Below, in pieces: positions 1 through 8,873 of a stretch of 64,000 nucleotides of DNA. Source of the stretch: Desulfatiglandales bacterium (GTDB taxonomy: Bacteria; Desulfobacterota; DSM-4660; Desulfatiglandales; Desulfatiglandaceae); NCBI GenBank assembly GCA_963666345.1, contig OY762721.1, positions 1,664,001-1,728,000 of the forward strand, read 5' to 3'. Position numbers and translations under genes: made by a program. The stretch's first letter is position 1. The number at the start of each line of letters is the position of its first letter. The notes below the pieces were generated by a model, which worked only from the letters and a program-made list of their open reading frames with translations, searched no databases and had not been told where the DNA came from.

Positions 1-211
1 ACATCAGCACATCCAGTTCACGCGGATCAGGGTCATCGGTCATCCCCCGGGCCAGTTTTATCAGTTCGTCCGTCTGCCCGGCCATGGCGGATAAGACCAC
101 CACCATCTTGTTACCTTTTTGATGATAACCGATGACCCTTTCCGCAACCGCTCTGATCTTTTCGATACTCCCTACTGAAGTTCCCCCATACTTTTGAACA
201 ATTATTCCCAT
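1..211 (-). CDS. lysC: Aspartate kinase, 5' part (runs off window)
   Basis: Manual translation from ATG at 211 gives MGIIVQKYGGTSVGSIEKIRAVAERV...VVVLSAMAGQTDELI, with the KxGGTS and VVSAM aspartokinase motifs. Confidence 0.93.
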   Translation of the reverse strand, partial: MGIIVQKYGGTSVGSIEKIRAVAERVIGYHQKGNKMVVVLSAMAGQTDELIKLARGMTDDPDPRELDVLM

Positions 212-247
212 AGACCTCTCGTCACGTCCTTTCTTTTTTTACAGAGA

Positions 248-730
248 TTAATCTCTTTCTATCCCCTCGATAAGGGTCATGGCCCTGGGATGAGACCCTG
301 AAAACTTTATCTCTCTTTGCCTGTCTCCCATAAGAATAAGCTCCACCTTTAACCGGTGATCCGGAAGCAGCTCAGGCCATCTTTCAGCCCATTCCATGAC
401 AACCACACCATCCTGATAAAAAAACTCTTCAAGCCCGGCCGCCTCAAAATCCGCCAGAGACTCGAGCCTGTATGCATCTATGTGAAAAAGAGGGCATCGA
501 CCCTCATACTCATTCAAAAGAGAAAACGAAGGGCTTGTCACAACGGTGTTTCCAGACACCCCGAGGCCGAGCGCAACCCCTTTGGTAAAACGGGTCTTCC
601 CGCTTCCAAGCTCACCGGCAAGGGCTATCACATCTCCTCCTGAAAGCCCGGAACCCAGCTTGATTCCCAGACTGATTGTCTCTTCTTCCGAATAGGTATT
701 TAACTTGAGCAAGCGCCCTTGAGTCTCCAT
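248..730 (-). CDS. tsaE: tRNA threonylcarbamoyladenosine biosynthesis ATPase TsaE
   Basis: GELGSGKT Walker A, VTSPSF, HIDAYRL and EWAE motifs. Start set at ATG 730 (ORF open to 772). Confidence 0.93.
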   Translation of the reverse strand: METQGRLLKLNTYSEEETISLGIKLGSGLSGGDVIALAGELGSGKTRFTKGVALGLGVSGNTVVTSPSFSLLNEYEGRCPLFHIDAYRLESLADFEAAGLEEFFYQDGVVVMEWAERWPELLPDHRLKVELILMGDRQREIKFSGSHPRAMTLIEGIERD

Positions 731-779
731 CTTCCCTAAATCATCCCTTGCAAAAACGGTCTTTAACGGCAAACCCCTT

Positions 780-1229
780 TCAGATTACCAGAGTCCTTAT
801 GATGTCGGCCTTTCCGATGACTCCCATGATGCTGTCGCCATCCAGTACCGGAATCGTGTAGACCTTTTTTTCCGTCATTATGGTCGCTATCTCATAGACG
901 GGGGTCTTTTCATCAACACTCACGACATCCTTTGTGTAAAGCTCCTCTACCAGGGTGGCATTGAATCTTTTCAACTCCTTTTCAAACTTTTTGGAGCTTT
1001 CAAGGTAAAGGACCGCATCCAGTACCATAACCACGGTGGGTATATGGAGTTTCTTGTCCTTTCTTATAAGATCGCTTTCACAGATCACTCCTATGATTTT
1101 GCCGTCATCGTCAACAACGGGGACCCCGTTTATATGATTGGAATAAAGGATCCGGGCCAATTCCTTTATGGTGGTATCCCTTTTTACGGTGATGACATCG
1201 GTTGTCATTATGTCGCTTGCATTAAGCAT
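780..1229 (-). CDS. CBS-domain pair protein
   Basis: Two CBS repeats (ASDIMTTDVITV...GVPVVDDDGKIIGVICESD; IPVLDGDSIMGVIGKAD). Confidence 0.9.
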   Translation of the reverse strand: MLNASDIMTTDVITVKRDTTIKELARILYSNHINGVPVVDDDGKIIGVICESDLIRKDKKLHIPTVVMVLDAVLYLESSKKFEKELKRFNATLVEELYTKDVVSVDEKTPVYEIATIMTEKKVYTIPVLDGDSIMGVIGKADIIRTLVI

Positions 1230-1402
1230 TCAGATAGACCTCCGTATTCCATTACAGAAACCCTTGGCCTGGAAGCCGGGTTTAAAAACCGGTTTCGCCT
1301 CAACGGGTCGGGATAATCGTCCAAAATTGCGGAGCCGCCTTGCCCCCGGTCCATTCGGCCGGGATTCTTCACCTGTCAGGACAAGGCAAAGGCCCCCGAA
1401 AG

Positions 1403-1786
1403 CTATGAATCCCTTTCAAGGATCACCATTGCGGCCCCGTATTCCCCCTCATCGGAAAGGCTCAAATGGGTTCCCGTTATTTCGTTCCTGTCACAGATCT
1501 CGGCGCATACCCCATGAACCATGATCCCCGGTTTTCCACTCGGGTGGACAAAAATCTCTATGTCTTTCCACCTGACTCCTTTTCTCATTCCCAGCCCAAG
1601 GGCCTTTGAAAAGGCCTCTTTGGCGGCAAACCTCAGGGCAAAGGCGGAAAAGGGGCTTACCCTGCTGTAGCAATGCCTTGCTTCACCGGGGGTGTAAACC
1701 CTGTTGACGAATCTCTCACCCCACCTCACGACAGTCTTCTCAATCCTTTTTATGCGCACCAGATCTATGCCTGTACCGAAAATCAT
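1403..1786 (-). CDS. acpS: Holo-[acyl-carrier-protein] synthase
   Basis: GTGIDLV, RFAAKEAFSKALG, GKP and LSLSD motifs. Confidence 0.95.
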   Translation of the reverse strand: MIFGTGIDLVRIKRIEKTVVRWGERFVNRVYTPGEARHCYSRVSPFSAFALRFAAKEAFSKALGLGMRKGVRWKDIEIFVHPSGKPGIMVHGVCAEICDRNEITGTHLSLSDEGEYGAAMVILERDS

Positions 1787-1802
1787 ACCTGTCCTGATCT
1801 TT

Positions 1803-2522
1803 CTAAAAATTCTTAATCAATTCAAACATCTCCTTGACGGCCCTCTCAAATCCCACCATAACGGCCCTTGATACAATGCTGTGCCCTATACTGAATTCAT
1901 CGATCTCCTTGAGGGATTCGAATCTCCTTATGTTTGTATAATTCAGCCCATGCCCTGCGTTTATTCCCATGTTAAGCCCGGCCGCGCATTTAACGGCATC
2001 TACAATACGCCTGAATCTCTCTTCGAATTGCGCCTCCGACCTCGCCTCGGAATAACTGCCGGTGTGTATCTCAACGACATCCGCCCCGCACCCGTGGGAG
2101 ATCTCTACCAGGTTCGGATCAGGGTTCACAAAAAAGCTGACACGGATACCCTTTTCCTTCATCCGTTCCACTACCCCTGCATAATGGTCCTTTCCGGCAG
2201 CCACATCAAGTCCGCCTTCAGTAGTGAGTTCCTCCCTTCTTTCAGGAACCAGGGTGACCATGTCCGGCAATGTCCTGAGCGCAATTTCGACCACCTCCGG
2301 TTCGGCGGCCATTTCCATGTTGAGTTTTGTCTTTACCGTCTGCCTCAACAGACTCAGGTCCCTCTCCTTTACGTGACGCCTGTCTTCTCTCAGGTGGCAG
2401 GTAATCCCTTCCGCACCGCCAAGTTCGGCCAGGCCGGCGGCAAGCACCGGATCAGGCTGCACCCCGCCCCTTGCCTCCCTCAAGGTTGCCACATGGTCTA
2501 TATTTACGGCCAGTTTCGCCAT
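1803..2522 (-). CDS. pdxJ: Pyridoxine 5'-phosphate synthase
   Basis: VNIDHVATLREAR, HLREDRRH, TTEGG, NAGHGL and SIGHSI motifs. Confidence 0.97.
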   Translation of the reverse strand: MAKLAVNIDHVATLREARGGVQPDPVLAAGLAELGGAEGITCHLREDRRHVKERDLSLLRQTVKTKLNMEMAAEPEVVEIALRTLPDMVTLVPERREELTTEGGLDVAAGKDHYAGVVERMKEKGIRVSFFVNPDPNLVEISHGCGADVVEIHTGSYSEARSEAQFEERFRRIVDAVKCAAGLNMGINAGHGLNYTNIRRFESLKEIDEFSIGHSIVSRAVMVGFERAVKEMFELIKNF

Positions 2523-2525
2523 ATT

Positions 2526-2966
2526 TCATTGCCTCCTTATAATTTCCGCCAGTCTCTTTTCTTCCCTTTCCATTCGATCCGCCTCCGAGTCCGATTTCTC
2601 ATGATCAAAACCCAAGAGGTGAAGTATCCCATGAATGAGAAGACGATCTATTGCCTCGGAAAGGCCCTCGCCTGTCTGCTTTGCCTCCTTTGAGGCGGTC
2701 TCCACCGAGATAACGACATCTCCAAGCATCTCAGGGCAGACAGCAGGCCCACTCCCTTCTGTCATGGGAAACGCGAGGACATTGGTGGGGCCTTTTCTTC
2801 CGAGATACCTCTCGTTTAATTCGGCTATCCCGGCATCACCCGTAAAAAGGATGCTCAACTCCTTGTCGTCACAGGCCAAGTCTTTTAAGACTTTCTCCGC
2901 CTTCTTCCTTGTCTTCGCCTCGTTTTCCCCAGGAATCTCCTGCAGGTAACTTATCAGAACTTCCAT
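2526..2966 (-). CDS. ybeY: rRNA maturation endoribonuclease YbeY
   Basis: PTNVLAFP, LGDVVIS and HGILHLLGFDH zinc motif. Confidence 0.95.
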   Translation of the reverse strand: MEVLISYLQEIPGENEAKTRKKAEKVLKDLACDDKELSILFTGDAGIAELNERYLGRKGPTNVLAFPMTEGSGPAVCPEMLGDVVISVETASKEAKQTGEGLSEAIDRLLIHGILHLLGFDHEKSDSEADRMEREEKRLAEIIRRQ

Positions 2967-5331
2967 TTAATCCCTTTTTGGCAGGCAATGCCTTTTCCAC
3001 TGATTCGGGATATTCCACACGATGATGGAATATCCCGGTAAGTGTCTTGTTAAAGCTCTTTGCTATCTCATGGAGGTCCTTGAGAGTGAGTTCGCACTCA
3101 TCGAGCTGACCGTCGGAAAAAACCCTGTTTATAATCTTCTGAACCATCCCCTGAACACGTGACGCGGTGGGATAGACAAGGGTCCTGGAGGCGGCCTCCG
3201 TCATATCGGCCAGCATGACCAGACCTGCTTCCTTGGTCTGGGGCTTGGGGCCCGGGTATCTGAAATCCTCCTCCTTTACTGCTGACACCTTTTTGTCCTT
3301 TTTTTCCGCCTGTTCCCTTGCCTTCTCATAAAAATAATATATCAGGCTGGTGCCGTGGTGCTGCCGGATAATATCGATCAGCTCCCTTCCCAGTTTATGT
3401 TTCCTGGCCATTTCAACGCCGTCCTTTACGTGGGAGATAAGGATCAGGCTGCTCATGGAAGGGGCCAGTTTTTCATGCCGGTTCAATCCGTCTATCTGAT
3501 TTTCGATAAAATACCTCGGCTTTCCCACTTTGCCGATATCATGGTAGTAGGCGGCCACCCTTGCAAGAAGAGGATTGGCGTTTATGGCCTTTGCACTGGC
3601 CTCGACCATGTTGCCCACTATGATGCTGTGGTGGTAGGTCCCGGGCGCCTGAACCATTAGAGTTCTGAGGGGCTCCTGGTCCAGGCTTGCAAGTTCCAGA
3701 AGCTTTATGTCGGTTGTATACCCGAAGGCCATTTCAGCCAGCGGAAGCAACCCTGCAGCTGTAACTCCCACAAGCACTCCACCTGCAAAAGCCGATATCC
3801 CCGCGATAAGCGCCTCAACAGTGTAGAGGGAACCGCTCATGGCCTCGATGGACAAAGAAATCACCACGGCTACAAGGCTCACCTTTAGCCCGGTTTTGAT
3901 GAATAATCCTCTCTCCCTGCAGTATCTGATGCCATGTGAGGCCACAATGGAAGTAACGAAGAAATATATAAACAGCTCCACCTGTCCACCTGCGGCCAGG
4001 GCGGACAGAACGCTTATGACCAGGGAGAAACTCGCCGCCACATTAATCCCCTGGAAGATGCAAATCAGCATGGCCCCGCTTGCCACCGGTACTGCGAAAA
4101 GCAACGCCCTGGTAGTAAGGAAGGGAAAGCCCCTGGCGATTTCATCGGAGATGATATCCGCTGCGATAAGCAGCAGAAAGGTCGCCAAAAGGGTAAGGGC
4201 GCTAAACAGCATATCCCTGACCCTTGAACTGGACGACCGGTCATTCATCAGCCCTGCCACATATATGGTAAAGAGAAGAAACCCTATCAGGATTCCCACT
4301 GCGGGCGCCCTGCCCGTCATATGCTTGCTATTAAGGATCTTGTACTGCTCGGTCAGCTTCAGCAGATGTTCAGGCGTAATCCTCTCCCCTTCACGCACAA
4401 TCATTTCGCCTTTTTTGACCTTGAAATAGAAGGGGCTTACGGCTTTCTGGGCAAGATCCTTGCGCAGCTGGGTCTCCCTTTTGTTGAATGTCAGGTTGGG
4501 TCTTATCAGTTCCCCGGATAAATCAAGACAGATTGTCATATATCCGGGAAGGGCCTTGAGACCGGAAAGCCGGGCGGCACTATCACTGATGAATTTCTTT
4601 GCCTCGTTCACATCAAGAAAACCTTTGAGATCTTCAACCACCTTCTCTTTTTCCGTGCTTATGTCATGGAGGACTATGCCCTTTCTGCCCTGATTCAGGA
4701 GCATCTCTTTATTGCCCACTATACCCTTGCCCAGGGCTTGCGTTACCAGTAGTATGGCCGCCTCTTCCACCCTTTCGCTGAAAGATATGGCAAAAAGCCT
4801 TTCAAAAAGATCTGATTGCGGCTTTATGTCCAGGATCTCAAAAAAACGGGCCTCCATGGAATCCTTTTCCCCGGCTTTGAGTTTGCCTTTTTCAGGTTCC
4901 GGGGTTTTGTCCGTTTCCGACGGCACTTCAATATCCGCGGCATATTTCCTGCCCAGTTCAAAGGCCCCCTTTAACCTGACAGCCGCATCGGCTCCCTCAC
5001 GATCAAAATCATAGACCGATATTACCGACTTTATCGCCTCTTCTCTGCCCTTTTCCGTAAGGTCCGAATCTTCAACAAGAAAATCCTGAGAGGCCTTTGT
5101 GTCCCTATCGGCTATGTCGCCCAGATTGTATAGCTTCGGACTTGCCAGTGTGTTGGGGTACATGAGCAGGGAAAAGAAAAGGGTCAATCCCAGAAGGATG
5201 TAGCAGTTCTTAGCCTCCGAACTGAACCAGAACCTGTTTTTTTCCGGAGTCTTTGAGGATCCCATGTCCCTTTCAAGGCGTTTGGAGGTCCTCGGCTTCT
5301 TTATATTCATGGCTTTTATCATACCGTTCAT
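2869..5331 (-). CDS. 7TM-HD (HDIG) membrane phosphohydrolase, PgpH/YqfF family
   Basis: Extracytoplasmic N-domain, multiple TM helices, APGTYHHS, YYHDIGK, QHHGT, FRYPGPKP and MLAD motifs; phoH-HD-ybeY context. Exact start uncertain. Confidence 0.9.
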   Translation of the reverse strand: MNGMIKAMNIKKPRTSKRLERDMGSSKTPEKNRFWFSSEAKNCYILLGLTLFFSLLMYPNTLASPKLYNLGDIADRDTKASQDFLVEDSDLTEKGREEAIKSVISVYDFDREGADAAVRLKGAFELGRKYAADIEVPSETDKTPEPEKGKLKAGEKDSMEARFFEILDIKPQSDLFERLFAISFSERVEEAAILLVTQALGKGIVGNKEMLLNQGRKGIVLHDISTEKEKVVEDLKGFLDVNEAKKFISDSAARLSGLKALPGYMTICLDLSGELIRPNLTFNKRETQLRKDLAQKAVSPFYFKVKKGEMIVREGERITPEHLLKLTEQYKILNSKHMTGRAPAVGILIGFLLFTIYVAGLMNDRSSSSRVRDMLFSALTLLATFLLLIAADIISDEIARGFPFLTTRALLFAVPVASGAMLICIFQGINVAASFSLVISVLSALAAGGQVELFIYFFVTSIVASHGIRYCRERGLFIKTGLKVSLVAVVISLSIEAMSGSLYTVEALIAGISAFAGGVLVGVTAAGLLPLAEMAFGYTTDIKLLELASLDQEPLRTLMVQAPGTYHHSIIVGNMVEASAKAINANPLLARVAAYYHDIGKVGKPRYFIENQIDGLNRHEKLAPSMSSLILISHVKDGVEMARKHKLGRELIDIIRQHHGTSLIYYFYEKAREQAEKKDKKVSAVKEEDFRYPGPKPQTKEAGLVMLADMTEAASRTLVYPTASRVQGMVQKIINRVFSDGQLDECELTLKDLHEIAKSFNKTLTGIFHHRVEYPESVEKALPAKKGLNGSSDKLPAGDSWGKRGEDKEEGGESLKRLGL

Positions 5332-5445
5332 TCACACAAAACCTTAATCTCAAGGCCGGATCGGATAAAAAGGCATATCCGCACTGGCAAAAAGGGGCGA
5401 GCGATTAAATTGTACTCCAATCCCGGCCCTCTCAGCCGGAACCCC

Positions 5446-6456
5446 TTACTTTGAGTTGTGTATCTCCCTCTTGTTTTCCACCCTTTCAAAGGCATCAATA
5501 ATTTCCTGCACCAAGGGGTGTCTTACTACATCTTCCCTTGAAAAATAGACAAACCTTATACCATCTATCCCTTTCAGAATCACCCCGGCTTCGACCAGTC
5601 CCGAGACCTTGTCTCCGGGCAGATCTGTCTGGGTTATATCCCCCGTGATTACCGCCTTGGAACTGAAACCGAGACGGGTAAGGAACATCTTCATCTGCTC
5701 ATATGTTGCATTCTGAGCCTCATCCAGAATAACAAAGGAATCATTGAGAGTCCGTCCCCGCATAAATGCCAGAGGCGCGACCTCGATCACACCCTGCTGT
5801 ATCAACGCCGAAGCGCTTTCAAAATCCATCATATCGTGAAGCGCGTCATAAAGAGGCCTCAGATAGGGATTTACCTTTTCGTAAAGATCACCGGGCAGGA
5901 AACCCAGTTTTTCACCGGCCTCTACAGCGGGCCTTGCAAGTACGACCCTGGATACCTCCTTTTTTAAAAGAGAGGAAACGGCCATTGCCATTGCAAGGTA
6001 TGTCTTGCCTGTACCGGCCGGCCCGATGCCGAAAACCATATCAGCTGTTCTTATACTGTCTATGTATCTTTTCTGATTTACGGTCTTGGGGGCGATAGTC
6101 TTCTTCTTTGATGTTATGTAGACCTCGTCCCTGAATATTTCCTTCAGATCGGCTGAGATATCAGAACTCAGGATCCTTATGGCATATTCAAAATCATTGG
6201 AATATAGCGGATAACCGGCACCCAGCAGATTAGAAATCTGGCTCAGCACCTTCTCTGCCAGTTCAACCTCCCAGTCACCGCCCCTTATCGTTAGGGTGTT
6301 CCCCCTTAAATTCACCGAGACCTTGATCCTGTTTTCAAGGATTCCAAGGTTTCGGTTATGTTCACCGCAGAGGGTTCTCATCAAATCGTTGTCATCGAGT
6401 GAAAATTTTCTGCTTATAATCATATCTTGGCTGTTCATCATTACCTTCAATTTCAA
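5446..6456 (-). CDS. phoH: PhoH family ATPase
   Basis: GPAGTGKT, RPAVEAGEKLGFLPG, AFMRGRT, LDEAQN and DVVRH motifs. Confidence 0.95.
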   Translation of the reverse strand: MKLKVMMNSQDMIISRKFSLDDNDLMRTLCGEHNRNLGILENRIKVSVNLRGNTLTIRGGDWEVELAEKVLSQISNLLGAGYPLYSNDFEYAIRILSSDISADLKEIFRDEVYITSKKKTIAPKTVNQKRYIDSIRTADMVFGIGPAGTGKTYLAMAMAVSSLLKKEVSRVVLARPAVEAGEKLGFLPGDLYEKVNPYLRPLYDALHDMMDFESASALIQQGVIEVAPLAFMRGRTLNDSFVILDEAQNATYEQMKMFLTRLGFSSKAVITGDITQTDLPGDKVSGLVEAGVILKGIDGIRFVYFSREDVVRHPLVQEIIDAFERVENKREIHNSK

Positions 6457-6666
6457 TTCCCCTGAGCCAGGATTCGGATCAAATCTTCCGGTCCGGCAGG
6501 CGCCTCGTTTTTTTCATCATTTTAAACATATTTTAAGAGAAAATGCCACCACACAGCCTTGTTTAAATTGTCAGGGCTCAACCCTTCGAAATTTCACGGC
6601 TCTCTTTAGGTTGGTATGGAACGGATTTGCCTGTTATTATAGGATAGAATATTGAAAGGTCTATTA

Positions 6667-7104
6667 TCAAACCCCGATAATTTGAAAAAGAACCCGTCTC
6701 CGGCGCGGCCTGTTGTCAAAATCCAGCAAGACGATCTGCTGCCAGGTCCCGAGCAGCATCCTGCCTTCACTTACGGGAATATTCAGCGAAGGCCCTATAA
6801 GGGCGGCACGGACGTGTGAATACCCGTTTCCATCCCCCCATCTTTCATCATGCTCGTAATATATGTCAGAGGGCGCCAGTTTTTCTATGGCCTTTTTCAA
6901 ATCATTAATCACGCCGCTTTCGTATTCAATCGTTGTAAGGGCGGCCGTGGAACCTGGGATGAAAAGCGACACGGAACCCTTTTCAACAGATGACCTTTCC
7001 ACTTTATCGGCCACCTGAGAGGTAACATCCATTACATCCGTATGCCCTGTAGTGGAAAAAACAAGCTTATGTTGCTCGAAGACCATCCAATCTCCTCTAT
7101 TCAT
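6667..7104 (-). CDS. yjbQ: YjbQ/UPF0047 family protein (secondary thiamine-phosphate synthase)
   Basis: GSTAALTTIE, GNGYSHVRA and LGTWQQI motifs. Confidence 0.88.
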   Translation of the reverse strand: MNRGDWMVFEQHKLVFSTTGHTDVMDVTSQVADKVERSSVEKGSVSLFIPGSTAALTTIEYESGVINDLKKAIEKLAPSDIYYEHDERWGDGNGYSHVRAALIGPSLNIPVSEGRMLLGTWQQIVLLDFDNRPRRRRVLFQIIGV

Positions 7105-7324
7105 AATTTTTCACACACAGGAAACAAAAAACACCTGCCGCCTTTGACAGATCTGTAAGCATACCGATAATCAGAAAAAATCGCTGAAGGATATCTATCA
7201 CAGCACTATTTTTCATGCAAGCAAAAGCGATTTACCCGGCTCCGCCATCTCACCTGTGCCGGGAAGTCAAAATCCCAGGCCATGTTTAATTGCGCCTGAA
7301 TCAACACCGTTCAGGAATACACGC

Positions 7325-8428
7325 CTACTGAAATATAAATCGTCTCATGCTTATGTTCATGAGCAACCCCATTGCAGCCATCGTCGAGACAAGAGAGGAA
7401 CCTCCATAACTGAAAAGCACCAGAGGTATTCCCACAACCGGCAGCATTCCCGTAGCCATTGCCACATTTATTATCACCTGCCAGAAGATTATAGCCACAA
7501 TACCCACGGCAAGTATGGATCCAAAGCGGTCCTTTGAGGTCTTCGCAATATTGAGCCCCCAGAGTATCAGAAACAGATATAGCAATAGAAGAACGATCGA
7601 CCCGATAAATCCCCATTCCTCGGAAAATACGGAAAAGGCAAAATCCGTATGCTGCTCCGGCAAAAAATGCAGCCTCGTCTGTGTCCCCTTCATGAAGCCC
7701 TTGCCCAGAAACTGCCCCGAACCTATTGCTATCTTTGACTGATTGATATGATAACCTGAACCGAGAGGATCCATATCAGGCCTGAGAAAGGTAAGGATTC
7801 GCATCTTCTGGTAGTCTTTAAGATGAAGCCATATGAATGGGGCCAGGGATAAGGCCGAGCCCACCATTATGGCAAACGACTTCCAGTCCATCCTTACAAA
7901 GATTATGATGGAAACAGAAACCAGCACAAGCAGCAACGCGGTTCCAAGATCCGGTTCGTTAAGGATAAGCACGCCTGCCAGACCCACATAAATAAAAGGC
8001 TGCCAGAGGTCTCTCAGCCTGTATCCACCGATCTTCTGCTGCTCACTGAAAAACTTCGCAAGCAGGATAACTATGGATATTTTTGCCAGTTCCGAAGGTT
8101 GAAATGAGATAAATCCGAGATTAAGCCATCTTTGAGAGCCTGAGGTAATTTTTCCCACTACCAGGACCAGTATGAGTAACCCCAGACAGGTAAAAAAGAT
8201 CGGAAAGGCAAAGCGTTCAAGGATAAAATAATTGAATGTGGTCATCATGAGAAAGACCGCAAAGCCGATCAGGAACCAGTAGATCTGTCTTATAAAAACC
8301 TGGGATCCTCCCACGCTTCTAATCGTGCTCGTGGCGCTGTAAAGGTTGAAGACGCTTATTCCGGCAAGAATAAGCAGCAAAAGGAGCAATACCCAGTCAA
8401 AATTCTGAATCAGTCTTCTATCAAACAT
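7325..8428 (-). CDS. rodA: Rod shape-determining SEDS glycosyltransferase RodA
   Basis: GSQRW, FQPSELAK, EPDLGT, PEQHTDF and SYGGSS motifs; lies downstream of PBP2. Confidence 0.96.
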   Translation of the reverse strand: MFDRRLIQNFDWVLLLLLLILAGISVFNLYSATSTIRSVGGSQVFIRQIYWFLIGFAVFLMMTTFNYFILERFAFPIFFTCLGLLILVLVVGKITSGSQRWLNLGFISFQPSELAKISIVILLAKFFSEQQKIGGYRLRDLWQPFIYVGLAGVLILNEPDLGTALLLVLVSVSIIIFVRMDWKSFAIMVGSALSLAPFIWLHLKDYQKMRILTFLRPDMDPLGSGYHINQSKIAIGSGQFLGKGFMKGTQTRLHFLPEQHTDFAFSVFSEEWGFIGSIVLLLLYLFLILWGLNIAKTSKDRFGSILAVGIVAIIFWQVIINVAMATGMLPVVGIPLVLFSYGGSSLVSTMAAMGLLMNISMRRFIFQ

Positions 8429-8441
8429 CTGTTCCTCTAAT

Positions 8442-8600
8442 TAGTTTCCATCCAGAAATGGATCATTTCTGGATGCTGCCTTCAGCCGTCAGCTATCAGT
8501 AAGTAGCCAGCAAATTGATATCTCAAGTGTTTTACTGACTGCTGAGAGCTGATTGCTGATAGCATGAGTCCGTAAATCTTGATTTATGGATGAGCACTGA
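8442..8600. repeat. ~160-bp MITE/REP-doublet-like element with terminal hairpins and internal inverted heptamer runs
   Basis: Left end TAGTTTCCATCCAGAAATG-GAT-CATTTCTGGATG; TCAGCNN-like x3 facing GCTGANN-like x4; right end TCCGTAAATC-TT-GATTTATGGATGAGCACTG. Confidence 0.65.
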
Positions 8601-8619
8601 TTAATTTTTTAGCTTGGCA

Positions 8620-8822
8620 GCGGGTTCCCGGTTTCTTATACCTCTGTTTGCTTTACGCTCACGCAGATGGGGGCTCTTTGGCCTTACAGTCAGACTGTAA
8701 AATGCTCTCCCGCTTGAGCCCTTGAATCCTCATATATTTAGACAGCAGCCAAACTTATTCACGGATTTTCAACAAACAGCAACTTGCCTCTCATTTCCAT
8801 AACGGCCGGAACAAGGAGTCGC
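8620..8822 (+). repeat. Degenerate member of the dispersed structured repeat family (type-2 interior)
   Basis: GGGGCTCTTT..GGCCTTA ... TAACGGCCGGAACAAGGAGTC ends; interior CTTGAATCCTCATATATTTAGACAGCAGCCAA shared with ~32710. Confidence 0.65.
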
Positions 8823-8873
8823 GTTAAAATGGCGTGGTTTCTCCAAATAACCGGCGACAATAAGAAAAAAAAT

